Shown: positions 36,780-50,290 of the stretch, piece after piece
Layout: every line of letters starts with the position of its first letter
Numbering within the stretch: the stretch's first letter is position 1
Assembly (NCBI RefSeq): GCF_004010195.1
Contig: NC_057719.1
Span: 32,432,988-32,494,005, forward strand
Length of the DNA stretch: 61,018 nucleotides
From: Chiloscyllium plagiosum
Lineage: Eukaryota
Direction: 5' to 3'
Translations under genes and position numbers: made by a program
Notes under the pieces: generated by a model
What the model saw: only the letters and a program-made list of their open reading frames with translations
The model's database searches: none
Told to the model about the DNA's origin: nothing

Positions 36780-38986
36780 CAAACGATCAGTCCTCAGCAA
36801 AGGCCTTACCTTTGTCGCCCTCCGTCCACACATCAATGAATTCATTACGCGTTGTGACGTAGAACACTTCTTCCACTGCCTCCACCTCCAAACTTACTTT
36901 TTCAATCAGGACTCCTGCTTCACTCACCTCCAACACACTCCATCCACCTGGACACCCTGTGCTGGCCTATTACCCACCCTCGACCTCTTCATTTCCAACT
37001 GCCGAAGAAACATTAACCGCCTCAACTTGTCTAACCCCCTCCCCCACTCCAACCTCTCACCCTCACAACGCACAGCCCTATACTCCACCTGCTCCAATCC
37101 CAACCTCAACATCAAGCCAGTAGATAAAGGAGGTGCAGTGGTAGTTTGGCACACTGACCTCTACATCGCTGAAGCCAGACGCCAACTCGAAGACACCTCC
37201 TCCTACTGCCCCCTTGACCATGACCCCACCCCCATCACCAAACCATCATCTCCTAGACCATACACAACCTCATCACCTCAGGACACCTCTCCCACCCACA
37301 GCTTCCAACCTCATAGTCCGGGAACTCTGCACTGCCCAATTCAACCTCCTTTCCAAGATCCAAGCCTGACCACCCCAGCCGAACCATTGTCTCAGCCTGC
37401 TCCTGCCCCACCGAACACATCTCCGCCTACCTCGACATTGTCCTATCCCTCCATTTCCATGAACTCCCCACATACGTTCGAGACACCACCCACACCCTCC
37501 ACCTCCTCCAAGATTTCTGTTTCCCCGGCCCCCAACACCTCATCTTCACCATGGACATCCAATCCCTCGACACCTCCATCTGCCATGAACAGGGCTTCCA
37601 AGCCTTCCGTTTCTTCCTCTCCCGATGTCCTCAACAGTACCCTTCTGCTGAACTGGTCCTCACCCTTAACAATTTCTCCCTTGAATCCTCCCACTTCCTC
37701 CAGATCAAAGGAGTAGTCATGGGCACACGTATGGGCCCCAGCTATGCCTGTCTCTTTGTCGGCTACGTAGAACAGTCCATCATCCGTAGTTACCCAGGTA
37801 CCACTCCCCACCTCTTCCTCTGCTACATTGATGACTGCGTCGGTGCCAAATCGTACTCCCGCGAGAAGGTCGAGCAGTTCATCAACTTCACCAACACATT
37901 CCACACTGACCTTCAAATCACCTGGACCATCTCTGACACCTCCCTCCCCTTCCTGGACCTCTCCATCTCCATCAATGACGACCGACTTGACACTGACATT
38001 TTTTACAAACCCACCGACTCCCGCAGCTACCTGGATTACACCCCTTCCCACCCTACCTCCTGCAAAAATGTCATCCCATATTCCCAATTCCTCCGCCTTC
38101 GCCGTATCTGCTCCCAGGAGGACCAGTTCCACCAAGGAACACACCAGATGGCCTCCTTCTTTAGAGACCGCAATTTCCCTTCCCACGTGGTTAAAGATGC
38201 CCTCCAACACATATCATCCACATCCTGCACCTCTGCCCTCAAACCCCACCCCTCCAACCATAACAAGGACAGAAACCCCCTGGTCCTCACCTTCCAACCT
38301 ACCAAACTTCGCATAAACCGCATCATCACTGACATTTCCGCCACCTCCAAAAATACCCCACCACCAGGGATATATTTCCCTCCCCACACCTTTCCGCTTT
38401 CCACAAAGACCGTTCCCTCCGTGACTACCTGGTCAGGTCCACATCCCCAAAAAGCCACCCTCCCCTCCTGGCATCTTCCTTTGCCACCGCAGGAATTGCA
38501 AAACCTGTGCCCACACCTCCTCCCTCAGTGCCATCCAAGGGCCCAAAGGAACTTCCACATCTATCAAAGTTTCACCTGCACATCCACCAATGTCATTTAT
38601 TGTATCCATTGCTCCCGATGCGGTCTCCTTTACATTGGGGAGACTGGACGCCTACCCACAGAGTGCTTTAGGGAACATCTCTGGAACACCCTCACCAATC
38701 AACTGCACCGCCCAGTGGCCCAACATTTCAACTCCCCCTCCCACTCTGCTGAGGACATGCAGGTCCTGGGCCCCCACCTCCATCCACCTATTGCACTCTT
38801 GGCTACCTTCTCCCCAGGTCCAACCCCCCTCCCATTTAACTCTCCACCCCAGAGGCTCCCTCCCTTCATTCCTGATGAAGAGCTTTTCCCCGAAACAACG
38901 ATTTTCCTGCTTCTCGGATGCTGCCTGACCGGCTGTGCTTTTCCAGCACCACTCTGATCTCCAGCATTTGCAGTCCTCACTTTTGC
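36780..38986 (+). mobile_element. Penelope-like element (Neptune-type), long RT-GIY-YIG ORF with frameshifts, 3' pLTR family A
   Basis: SVLSKGLTF, IKPVDKGGAVVV, KGVVMGTRMGPSYACLF, YIDD (37824-37835), LPFLDL, CHRRNCKTC zinc-finger-like linker (about 38471-38513), NVIYCIHCSRCGLLYIGETGR; CTGATGA at 38872 and GAAA at 38892. Confidence 0.95.
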
Positions 38987-39175
38987 GTATATTATTTTAA
39001 AGTCTAGCTGGAGCTGTCCATTTGTTCCCTAAAGATAATAATTACATTTAGCAATGTTTAATCATCTAACTTATACCACAAGCTCAGTCAATTGGATCCT
39101 AATAATGATAACACCCCTCATTTTGTTCATGCTTATCAAAGTACGTGAGGTTTTTGTGTAATTCCTTGCTTGGAA

Positions 39176-39469
39176 TTAGATTAGATTACTTACAGTGTGG
39201 AAATAGGCCCTTCGGCCCAACAAGTTCACACCGACCCACCCCCCTACATTTACCCCTTCACCTAACACTACGGGCAATTTAGCACGGCCAATTCACCTAA
39301 CCTGCACATTTTTGGACTGCGGGAAGAAACTGGAGCACCTGGAGAAAACCCATGCACTCACTGGGAGAATGTGCAAACCCCACACAATCAGTCGCCTGAG
39401 GTGGGAATTGAACCCAGGTCTCTGGCGCTGTGAGGCAGCAGTGCTAACCACTGTGCCACCGTGCCACCC
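39176..39469 (-). mobile_element. HE1-type SINE
   Basis: Homologous to 34737-35050 with a small deletion. Confidence 0.93.
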
Positions 39470-39825
39470 ACTAATTCTGAGGGCAATCCATAATTAACAC
39501 CAAGTATTGTGCATAGAGGCATAAAAACTATCAAGCCACGATAGAGTTTATGTTTCCTGGGCAAATATAACCCTCCTGGCATAAATGGTTGGTTTCAAAA
39601 ATCTATTATTAATATTCATCCCACTTGGGGCATAGTATTTATTCTGAACATGTAAAACTAATGCCCGTAATTATAAGCCCTACCTGGTTATAAGGTAAGT
39701 TGGGAAATATCAATTTGGCTCATCAAATCATTAAGATCGTAAGAGGAAGGAAAGATTGAGAGAGATCAGGAGTTCTAAAGTCTTGAGGACTTGGCAACAA
39801 AATCAGTCAAGTCAGAAACTGTACT

Positions 39826-41440
39826 GGGTGGAATTTTCCAGCTTCTAGAGCAACATAAACAATGCAAATTAAGTTGGAGAAATGTAGCAAGAAGGAAAAA
39901 TACAGTCAGAGTCTCAATATCAAGAAAATAATTCCAGCATTTTCCTTTAAACTTCAAGCAGCAACTTTACAATCTTAAGCAATAACCATGTTATTATCAT
40001 GCATCTTGAACTCTCATCATTTCTGTCACTTCCAATTCTCCTCTTCTTCCTCAAGAAATTAGATGGCACTGTTTCTCCAACATGGAAGTCAGAGCAGTTA
40101 ACAAGCAACTGCAGTTCCTTACAATACTTTACTGGGTCTTCAGCTTACCTTTGTCTTCACCTCAATGTCCCTGCATGATTAATGGACACACCGTCCTCCT
40201 TCACCCTTCAACCATGCAAGTCAGCAACAGTGAACCACTAGCCTCACTGCATCATCATGAATATTCTTGGTCTAACTCACACACCAATTCAACCCCTCAG
40301 GATTTTACTTTAGAGATCAGGAATACTTATAACTTGCCAGACACAAAGGGACATATGCATCAAAAAAGAATGCAACTTATGGCTCTTATCTTCATTTCTT
40401 ACTGATTATTCACTTTATGCTTACTTGAAGACTGCCAAACTTTGTAGCATGCATTGCTTTTTTTTAAATTGCAGAGAATGAGGAATGCAACCTGACGTGG
40501 TTGGGAGCACTGAATAGTCAACAGGGTGGATATGTCACTGCTTAGCACTGTGCTATGATGCCAATACTACACATATAACATGTGTCAGCAGCTTATACAG
40601 CAAGCACACGAAATGTATTTCAACCAAATGGCAATGTCTGAAAGTCAAAGGGGACAGCCTTTTGTGGAGTCCAGAGGGACTGTGCTCAATCAGGATACCA
40701 CCAGCCAGTGAAGGAGCTTGTCTGGTTCTAGTTCAACAGGTTGGCCACAGTCAGTTCAGAGTTTGATCTTCCTAGAGTTTGGGTCATTTCTTTTTCAGAA
40801 GGGAGTTAGTAGTCATCTTGGATTGGCAGCAGCCCCGGCTGTTATTCTGGAGCAGGATTCCTAATCCCTCAGTTCTACAAAATTAAACAAAATCTCACGT
40901 GCTGGTCTCCTGCTTGGCTGGTTGCCTGCTGAGACAATGAAGTGTATGTATAGTAAATGCTGTGGCCAGTAGTATCCTAAAATGGTAATCAGAGTGCTGC
41001 TTCCATTATTAGACTCTTAGTTTACTAACTAGCAGAAACTTGCTTCGAGTGCAAACTTCTGGAATAATATGCTCTGAAATGTAATTCTGGCTTTGTGGTG
41101 ATTCTATCAGTTGGCAGAGATAGCATCAGCAAATATACTGACAGGCAATACTTAACCCAACAATCTTCCATTTGCCAGAAGGGGCTGAGAGTATAATATT
41201 CTTCCCTTATTGATTCTGGATCCGTTTGTTTCTACTTGTTTGCCTCTTCCAGGAGATTGTTTGGTTGAAATTGAAAGAGGTGGAGCAAGTGTTTGTGTTG
41301 CCTCCCCCGGCTGAGAATCCTTTCCCACTTAAAATTAGCAGATGGAGAGTAAGGAGGTATTTATTTGGCATGATTTACCCCAGAATTTTAAGGGTGCCAG
41401 CAATCTATTTCCTGCAGTGGAGCCGATGAAAATTGACCCC
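39826..41440. mobile_element. Possible old DNA transposon (Harbinger-like terminal inverted repeats)
   Basis: Left gggtggaattttc and right gaaaattgacccc form an imperfect TIR; the interior is not recognisable. Confidence 0.3.
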
Positions 41441-42009
41441 ACTGTATGTTGAAATGTTTTAACCAAATCCTAACTAGAATCTATCCATATCACAACATTA
41501 CAATTGTTGTGGTTTAAAAACAAAAGCTCTCTCACCACCTCACCAATTATTTTAGGAAAACCCGTCACTGAAACAGTTATTAATAGAAATGTTTTCTTTT
41601 CCTAGTCTGACTTTGCGTTTTGAGAAGGAGGGATTAGATATCTCTTTCAGAGAAAAGTCAGACCAATTAACTATAATAACAAGGAATGTGAATGTGAATG
41701 TTCCTCTGCCCCCAATACAGGTATTATGTAGCAAGCCCCTGTACTAGCTGGGGGATTTAGGGATTGGGTGTACTAAGCAGTAAGAGATTTGAAAGGCTGA
41801 TTGCTGTGCAATCTACTGTTCAAAACATTAACTTGCACTTGTCAATATAGTTGCTATTGTAACAGTTATAGTGCTTCAATGTATAAATCATGCCTGGACT
41901 GAGACAATATAACCAGAAAGGAGTTTTTCTTCCAAATGGCGTTCTGGAAATTCTACTGCATTGAAACAATATAGCACACAAAGTGTTAACCTGGAATACT
42001 GTTGAGAAA

Positions 42010-42210
42010 AGAATGTTTTATCAAAGCTTTTGTTTTACACTCATCAGGACAATTCACAAGACTACTAATTCAGTGGAAAACCGACATTAATAGTGCATTA
42101 GAGAGTGTTGATTGATTGGCAAATAGACTCTGATTTGTAGATAAGTTGTCAAGCACTAAATAATGAGGTTTGACAGTTAAATTTTAAACAGTTAATTGTA
42201 AATCACCAGT
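42010..42210 (-). mobile_element. Old PLE 3' end, family E, degenerate hammerhead
   Basis: Minus strand gtc-CTGATGA-gtgtaaaac-aaaa-gctt at 42020-42050; homologous to 48915-49300. Confidence 0.55.
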
Positions 42211-42479
42211 GTGGTCCTCATGCCAGTACTGTTCCAAATCTTATTTTCCTGCCCATCAGTGGCCACAGGAGGCCTTTTGTAATTATCCCAACCTCATTTA
42301 AATTGCTGCGATGTGATGAGCTAAACAGAATGGGCAGGGAGAGTGTACAGACAAGTACACATTGCCAGAAATTGGATAGCTGTGTCTGCCCTCTTTGTAA
42401 GTGTTGATGAAGTGTTTCGTGATCAGTCCTGCAGCAGAGTGGACAGAGGCAGTGAATCTGGGACAGGAAAATCATTGAC

Positions 42480-43260
42480 CTGCCTTACGTGCCCCAGAGG
42501 AGATACCCCTGCTATCTCTTCCCCAGAAGGGAATATTTCTTACTTATGTTTTGGGTATCTTCATTCATCTGTGACTCTGCTGCTCCTTTAACAAGGTTAT
42601 GCTGTCCTTGGTTTTTCTTCAGAGAGATCATAAAAGCAATGATTCAGAAAGTTCTAGGTTTGAAGGGTTTTAGGGCCAGTTTGATTATAGCTAGCAGACA
42701 ATGCCTCAGGTAAAAAGGCTTTCAAGTTTAAAAAAAACACTTGGACAATGAAAGGGGAGTGGCCAGTTCTCCCAGCTCAGCTTTTCTTTGGTTTGGCTTG
42801 GTTTAGGTTTTAGCAGTCTGGCTGTTCCTTGAAAGCAGTCAGTCAGTTTTGAGGCTGCATGTCCAAGGGATAACTACCTGGAAGAAGGTGTTCCATGCTG
42901 AATCCCTCTGCCATCTCTCTCTCTCTCTCTGTGTCTCCTGTAAGACCCTATGTTTGATTTTACCTTTTTTTTTGTCAAGGGGTGTTGATGAGGTTTGTTG
43001 CAAGTATTTGGAACAGCAAAATTAAGTTGGGATAATCTGTTGGGTTTTCAGAGAGGTTAAGTTATTCTACATTCTGTTCTCTTTTGTTCGTTTTGTTTGG
43101 TAATTTTGTAAATAAATTCTGTTTTGTTTAAAACTAAGTGGTTTGACCAGCTACATCACTCCTGAAACATCTACCTTACACCTGCTTAAAACAACGAACA
43201 ACGTTAGGGTCTGGGCTACTTTCTTGAAATGTTTTGAGGGGGGTCTGGCCTTGTTCATAA
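42480..43260 (+). mobile_element. Probable solo LTR (Gypsy-type)
   Basis: LTR-like composition, (ct)n tract, AATAAA near 43111, end ggggggtctggccttgttcataa; left boundary uncertain. Confidence 0.45.
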
Positions 43261-43404
43261 TCCTTCCAATAGCTGCTGGTCTGTCTTCATCTGGTAGAAA
43301 GTTCCCAGTGGGCATCCTCACTCAGGGTCTGATTTATGTCAATGGGAAAGGATCAGGCAGCATTGAAACAGGCTGGAGGCAATGCAACATCACAAACGAA
43401 TATG

Positions 43405-43720
43405 TGAACATATGATCAAGTGTAGGCCATTCAGCCCTTCGAGTCTGCTCCATCATTCAACAAAATTATGGCTGATCCAATTTTAATCTGAATGCCGCAT
43501 CTATGTGTGCCCCTGATAATCAATCTCCTCTTGATAATAGAGAATCAATCTGCCACAGACTTAAAAATCTTGAATGATTCTGCATCCACTGCCTTTTGAG
43601 GAGGGGAATTCCATATAGCCACAACTCTCCGAGAGAAAAAAAATGTTCCTCGTCTCTGTCTCAATTGGACGACCTCTTCTTTTTAAACCATGATACCCTA
43701 GGTCATTCCTTTCAGGCTAT
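43405..43720 (-). mobile_element. CR1 3' UTR fragment
   Basis: gtaggccattcagcccttcgagtctgctcc...atggctgatc, as at 29885. Confidence 0.8.
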
Positions 43721-43940
43721 CAGCTTGAATGAATCTCACCCTCATTGTTCTTTCAAAGGGACTAAAATTATCAGGTGCAAGCAAAGGAGACTGTGCCTCA
43801 TCTCTCTGTATTTCTAACAAAAATAATGCATTTTGCCACGAACTTTCATCGATTAATAGCATTCTCACTAAAAAGTCAGAAGCTTCCAGGTTTCAATCCT
43901 TCCTCTAGGATTTAACCACACAGCCTAAGTTAGCAAATTA

Positions 43941-44244
43941 GGTGGCACGGTTGTTAGCACTGCTGCCTCACAGCGCCAGAGACCCGGATTCAATTCCCAC
44001 CTCAGGCGACTGACTGTGTGGAGTTTGTACGTTCTCCCCGTATCTGCGTGGGTTTCCTCCGGGTGCTCCGGTTTCCTCCCACAGTCCAAAGATGTGCAGG
44101 TCAGGTGAATTGGCCATGCTAAATTGCCCGTAGTGTTAGGTAAGGGGTAAATGTAGGGGTATGGGTGGGTTGCGCTTCGGCGGGTCGGTGTGGACTTGTT
44201 GGGCCGAAGGGCCTGTTTCCACACTGTAATGTAATCTAATCTAA
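43941..44244 (+). mobile_element. Young HE1-type SINE
   Basis: B box ggattcaattcc, conserved body, tail gggccgaagggcctgtttccacactg(taatc)n. Confidence 0.95.
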
Positions 44245-44691
44245 GTGTTGCATTGTCAGAAAAGATGTAGAAACTTGTAATACAAAGGCATCCTACCTAT
44301 GATGTCTTTTGGAGAAACATATGGTATCATTGACAACCACATCTCTTTCGTTAGTAACTGTCTCAGTCACCAGCTTGAATCATTGTCATGAAATATTATA
44401 TGGATAAACAGACATATGTTACCAGACATGTTGAGTACTTCAACATTTTCTGTCTTCTTATTGAATTATTCAGAGATAGAGGCTCTATTGGTACAATGGT
44501 AGTGTTCTGCCTCTAGGCCAAAAGATTTGGATTCAAGTCCTACCCTGGACCTCAGTCAAATGTATAGCAAGTTTTTTTTTAAATCCTCAATATCATTGTC
44601 ACAGCAGTGGGATCTGAAAGGATTGCCAGAAATTATTGAAGCCCCATTGTTGCCAATAGCTAACAGGGGGTAAACCAGAGCCAGGCCCTTA

Positions 44692-44885
44692 GTTGGCATG
44701 GTGGCTCAGTGGTTAGCACTGCTGCCTCACAGTGGCAGGGACACAGGTTAGATTCCAGCCTCAGGCAATTGTGCAAACTCCACAAAGGAGGTGGGGGGAG
44801 GGTGTCGAGGCGGGATGTGCTTTGAAAGGTTGGTATGGACTCAATGTGCCAAATAGCCTGCTTCAACACTCTCATGATTCTGTAC
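44692..44885 (+). mobile_element. HE1-type SINE with internal deletion
   Basis: Intact head ggtggctcagtggttagcactgctgcctcacag joined to a degenerate tail. Confidence 0.8.
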
Positions 44886-45674
44886 TACAGACTATTTTTC
44901 ACTTTTATAAAATATAGATTGCTGTTCATTCATCTCATTGCTGTTATGCACAAAATAAAGCACTCCGGAAACTTGGAGGAAGTGGGAAGGGAGGAGAATT
45001 GCATGATAACTCCACAGTTCGTGTAGAAAAAGAGCAGAATTCCTTCAGTTCTTTGATGTCTTATTTCAACACCCATTCATAAACAAACATTTGATGTCAA
45101 GGTGGACACTTAGGGGGTCAATTAGACAGCCCCTGAAAATTGACTCAGGGTTTGCAATGGGAGATTACCTACTTCCATTCATTGTGATGCAGGCAGTATG
45201 CCAAAGTTGAGCTATCTCTAATTATTCACTGGTTACATATTATAATCATGGTAATGTACTGCTGAGAGGCTACCCATCTCAGCAGATATGAGACTGTTAA
45301 CCATGGTCAGCTTACCAACACTGTCACTCCACCTAGATTGCTAAACAAGTGGAAAACCCAGATTTCCAAGCTAAAGTCATCTACTTCTGATTTGTATCGC
45401 CTGGCCTGAGAATTGTGCCAATGCAATGCAGTGGGCATCAATGAAGTAACTAAAGTGCTCTCACCAAAACCCACACCACTTCTCCTCATTAATTTTCAAC
45501 TGAAGACTGCCTACCTTTCTGAAAGTTGAATAGCATTCCAAATGAATGAAGCAGGGGTCAGAGCCAAGAAACTAAAGGGCAGAAAGACAAAATCTCATCT
45601 CACAGATTTATTCAGCCAACACTTCCTTCCACATAATCAGTTTCTCAAGATCTTTCTTGCCTCATTTGCAAGGG

Positions 45675-46235
45675 TGCAGATCGATGGCCTAGAGGTATAG
45701 TCACGGGATGAATAATGTTCTGGGGCTTGAGTTCAAAGCAAAGTAAAAGGTAAAATTTGAATAAGCCTGGAATTTGAAGCCTAATGATAACTAGCCAATC
45801 ATTGTCATAAAAAGACCCATCAGATTTGCTAATGTTCTTTAGGGAAGGAACTGTTGTCCTTATGTGGTCTAGCCTTCAAGTAATTCCAGACCCACAGTAA
45901 TGTGGTTGGCTCTTAGCTCACGTCTGTAAGTCTGTGGAATTCATTGCCACAGGAAGTAGTTATTAACAAAACATTGAATGTATTCAAGGGGCGGCTAGAT
46001 ATAGCACTTTGGGCGAATGGGATCAAAGGTTATGGGGATGAAGCAGGATTAGGCTATTGAGTTGGATGATCAGCCATGATTGTGACGAATGGCAGAGCCG
46101 GCTCAAAGTCCCAAATGGCCTCCTCCAGCTCCTATCTTCAATGTTTCTATGTTTCTATAACCTAGCAAGCCATTCAATTCAGAGGCAACTAGGGATGGGC
46201 AAATAATGTTATGTCCATATTCCAGGAATGAATAA
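45675..46235 (+). mobile_element. DeuSINE-like SINE interrupted by a CR1 3' end (about 45925-46158)
   Basis: acccatcagatttgctaatgttctttagggaagg...ccagacccacagtaatgtggttg [CR1 with (ctatgttt) tail] ...ggcaactagggatgggcaaataatg. Confidence 0.78.
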
Positions 46236-46239
46236 AGAA

Positions 46240-46805
46240 TAAGTTTAGAGGGACAAAAGATATCTGCACTTGGAGAGACATGGATTAACTAGAGATAACC
46301 AGCATGGATTTATTAAGAGGAGGTTGTATTTGACAAATTTGATCATTTCTTTTTTGAGGGGGTAACAATGAGTATTGATGAGGGTACTGCTTTTGTGTGG
46401 TATAAATGGACTTTAGCAAGGATTTGATAAGATTAAGTAAGCAACAACTATGAAATCCGAGGCAAAGTTGGAAGTTGGACCCACAATTGACTGAGAGAAA
46501 GAAAGCAGAGGGTGGTGGTAGAGGGATGTTTCTGTGACTGGGAGTCTGTTTCTATGGGGTCCAAAAGGCTTGGTGTTGGAGCTCATGCTGTTTATCATCA
46601 TTGGTGATTTGGATGAAATGTAAGGGATATGATCAAGAAATTTTCAAATGACACAAAAATTGTTTGAGTGGTAAGTAACGAGGAGGATAGCTGTCAACGA
46701 CAGGAGGATATGAATGGACTGGTCATGTGGGTAGCTCAATGAAAGTGGAATTCTATCTGGAAAATTGTGAGGTAATACACGTAAGGGGGACTAACAAGAC
46801 AATGG
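46240..46805 (+). mobile_element. CR1 RT fragment
   Basis: LERHGLTRDNQHGFIKRRLYLTNL, MDFSKDL and KFSNDTKI. Confidence 0.85.
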
Positions 46806-48576
46806 ATTTCTTCTCACTAACCTCACTACCCAACCTGGCCTTGTTATGGCCACCTTTCTCAAGAACTGCTCTAACAGTTGACCCCAATGGTTAAAATCCC
46901 ATGGTTACATGACGAAAATATGAGCATGGTATTAATCCCTCAGGATTAATTTTGACCTTTAAGTTTCACAGCCCAGGAATGCAAGTCTGGAGCACAGTGC
47001 CACATAGCAAGAGGAAACCGACTCAGTTGATGTCAAGAAATGTTTCAGTGCGTGTGCACAACATTCAGTAAAGGATTGGCGCAATTTGCATTCTGGAAAC
47101 AGATTTCAGAATAGTGGCTAACCTCGTGAGGAAGTAGTGCAATATATAAGCAGCAGTAATTTAAAAGGTCAGCTCTTGTATTGAAACACAAAGCAAGCAC
47201 CACTCTGCTGTGCAGAAATGGTCACTAAGTGCAATCGAGCCTGATATAATCTGAGAACATGCATGCTTGTTGAAATGATGCCTTGTCCATGGCTCCAGGC
47301 CAACATTGCATTGAAAGATTCGTATTCATAGGTAGGGGTTAATTAAAGGTAACCCATGTGAGATGAAACAAATTACATGAAGAATTTCAAATATCCTTCC
47401 CATACCTGAATGGATCTCTGAAAAATTACTGATTGCTGGGCACCCCATTCGAAGTTGTGAATGGTCAGTGCATTGCCAAGATGCTGTTTACAGCATTAAA
47501 CTCAGACCTCCATGTAGCATATCATTTATGGCACTTTCCTATTCGCCAAATCAAAATTTAAACCTGAGGTATGTTTGCATTTAGGAACAAGAACTATGCT
47601 TTCTGTTTAATTGCAAATCACAAGATATCAACTTGAATAAAATGCATGCTGATGCGTAGAAGTCAGAGATAGAAAAACATTTCAGTAATTAATGTTTCAA
47701 ACTGGCTAACCCCAATGTAGCCTTACAGCATTAAGCTTTTTGCTATTCTTCATTTCAGCTAAAACATTCTTTCGCAGAGCTGTCAGTTTGCTCTTCTGCA
47801 GTTTCTCTGATGATATTATTCTTTTTGACACTCACAGGTTATTTATGGACATTGGAAGTGACAGCATCAAGGGTCAAAATCAAAGAACCTGAACGATATT
47901 CTGTTGGCTTCATTGCATTAAAAATGTCAACATAAAAAAAATTCTAGTCTATTTATCCAATTAATGACTGAAGATAACACGCAGTTTTCAAACTAAACAT
48001 TACAAAAAAGCGTCAAAGTAATTTTAGCATACTTTATAAATGACTAAACATCAGTTTTAATATTGCATAGCATGCATTTACTGTATCTATCTACTCAGGA
48101 TGTATTAAATGTAAAATGCAGTTTTATGATTTAACACAATGCATTCAGTGACAGGATCCAACTTACTATATTGGTGCTGATGCAAGTGGCTAGTATCTTA
48201 ATATGCCCAAACGTTTGTCCTCAGTTATAAATATGATTTAGAAGAGCAAGAATATTTTTGACATAAAATAAAAACAGAAGTTGCTGGAAAAGGTGATACC
48301 ATCCTTTAGTGATTGAAAGGGGAGCAGACAGGTTAACATATTGGCTCTTCAACCAAAATCAGAATTAGTATAAATACCTCTCAGAGGAATGAACTCAATT
48401 GTGATGGGGAATAAGAAAAAGACAAGAACATGTTAATTTACAAGAATTGCCGACTTCTATGATGTCAGGGATGTAATTAATTGCTTTCATTGCCTTCAAA
48501 CGTCAGAGATAGAAAAGGCTGTTTAGCACAATATTGTCTCAGTTCTCTTATAACTCTTGTTTACTCCTCCATTGCT

Positions 48577-48820
48577 TCGGGTTTGAGCTATCGGGAGAGG
48601 CTGAGTAGGTTGGAGCTATTCTCCCTGGAGCATCAGAGGCTCAAGTGTGCCTTTGTAGAGGTTTATAAAATCATGAGGGATATGGATACAGTAAATAGAC
48701 GAAGTCTTTTCCCCGGGGTGGGTGTGTCCAGAACTAGAGGCATATGTTTAAGGTGAAAGGGGACAGATTTTAAAAAAAAGGGACCTAAGTGACAGGTGTG
48801 TGTGTGTGTGTGTGAGTGTG
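48577..48820 (+). mobile_element. CR1/HER1 fragment ending in (TG)n
   Basis: GLSYRERLSRLELFSLEHQRLK..EVYKIMR. Confidence 0.88.
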
Positions 48821-48914
48821 AGATAAGCTGCCATAGGAAGTGAAAGACTGATTTACAGGTATTTTTCCCCAAACAATGTCTATTTGTTAAGGTATAGATA
48901 AAAGGACAAATTAG

Positions 48915-49300
48915 TGTTATTGTATTTCATTCATCAGGGCTATTTGCATTAAAACCACTTGCAGGTGGAAGTCACTGCAAGGTTAAAGTATTGAATTGAC
49001 AGCAAAGTCCTGATTGGTTGGCAAATGGATTCTAATTTAGAGAGATATTGTCATGGAGAATGTATCAGTCAATAAGGATTGACAGTTAACTGCAAGGTTT
49101 TTTGAAAATAATTTAAGCCAGAGAGGTTGACTCTTTGGTCAGGGTGTTGCCATAAGAACTGAATCACCATTGTCTGTCACCTTTTATTAAAATTGAAGTA
49201 GGTATAATGCATATGCATGTTCTTTCTGTTTGTAAAGAAGAAAACCCAGTGTATTAATGTATGTGGCTTCCAGTACACACAAGTGCTCTACACTGCAAAC
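48915..49300 (-). mobile_element. Old PLE 3' end, family E (GIY-YIG C-terminus, UTR, degenerate hammerhead)
   Basis: Minus strand encodes HLCVLEATYINTLG..LYKQKEH; ccCTGATGAa near 48930-48938. Confidence 0.6.
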
Positions 49301-49829
49301 TTGACAGGATCTGGCTGGAGTGGAGTCAGTGGTTGGTTACCAAAAACTTGATTCCCAATCCAGCTGGAATAGATATTTAGACCTGAATTTCTCTGGTGCA
49401 CATTGTGGTGCTCTAGGTTGGAATTTTTCTGACAGAAAACTCAAGAAGTAGAAGAAGAAACAACAATAGTGAGATGCATAACAAATTGTGGAACAAAGTT
49501 AAGAGGAACAGCAAGTAGTTGGGAGCAGGAAAAATGACTGAGGCAGACAAATTTGTGAATAAAGCTGTGTTAGATGGATGTAACAGGGGATAAGTTCACT
49601 AAGAAAGACAACTCTGTTTCTTTGTTAATGAGGGAAGTATTGCAGTTATGGAAGAATAAAGGGTATTGGGTGTGCAATTAAACAAATTACTGAAAAGATG
49701 TAATGAAAACGACTAGTTAAATATTGGCCATAACCTCAAGTGGGCTAAACGTCTGGTGAAGAAGTGACATTTAGTTTTACAAAGTCCTAGTTGCATCCTG
49801 TTTTGCTAGTGAACCTTGATGCCACATTG

Positions 49830-50290
49830 AAATTATGCCTTCAAGTCATGAATGGTTACTTTCACCTCACCTTTTGAGTTCAGTTCTTTTGCCCATATTT
49901 AGACCTGAGCTGTATTGAAGTGAGTGGCTCTGGCAGAACTCCAAAAGGGCATCAGTGAGCAGGTTATTGCTGAGTAATTGCCCCTTGAAAAGCACTGTTG
50001 ACAATACATTGCATCAGTTTGCTGATGATTGAGAGTAGATTGATGGGACGATAATTGGTCAGGTTGGATTCGACTTGCTTCTTGAGTACTGGACAAACCT
50101 GGATAATTTTTCACATTTGCAGATAAATGCCAGTGGTATAGCTATAATGGAACAGCGTAGCTATGGATACAAATAATCCTGTAGCACAATCTTCAGTACT
50201 ATTGCCAGAATGTTATCAGGGCCCAGTGTCTCTGCAGTATCATGTAGCATCAGCACTTTTTTGACATCAGATGGCAATAAATAACTGAAG
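49830..50290 (-). mobile_element. Old CR1/L2-group LINE RT fragment
   Basis: Homologous to 32800-33090 and 33830-33950. Confidence 0.7.

Noticed and set aside
36688..38957. The 342-aa and 468-aa ORFs as host genes
   Set aside because: They are frameshifted pieces of one Penelope ORF; the Pro/Ser-rich ends and antisense ORFs are off-frame readings.
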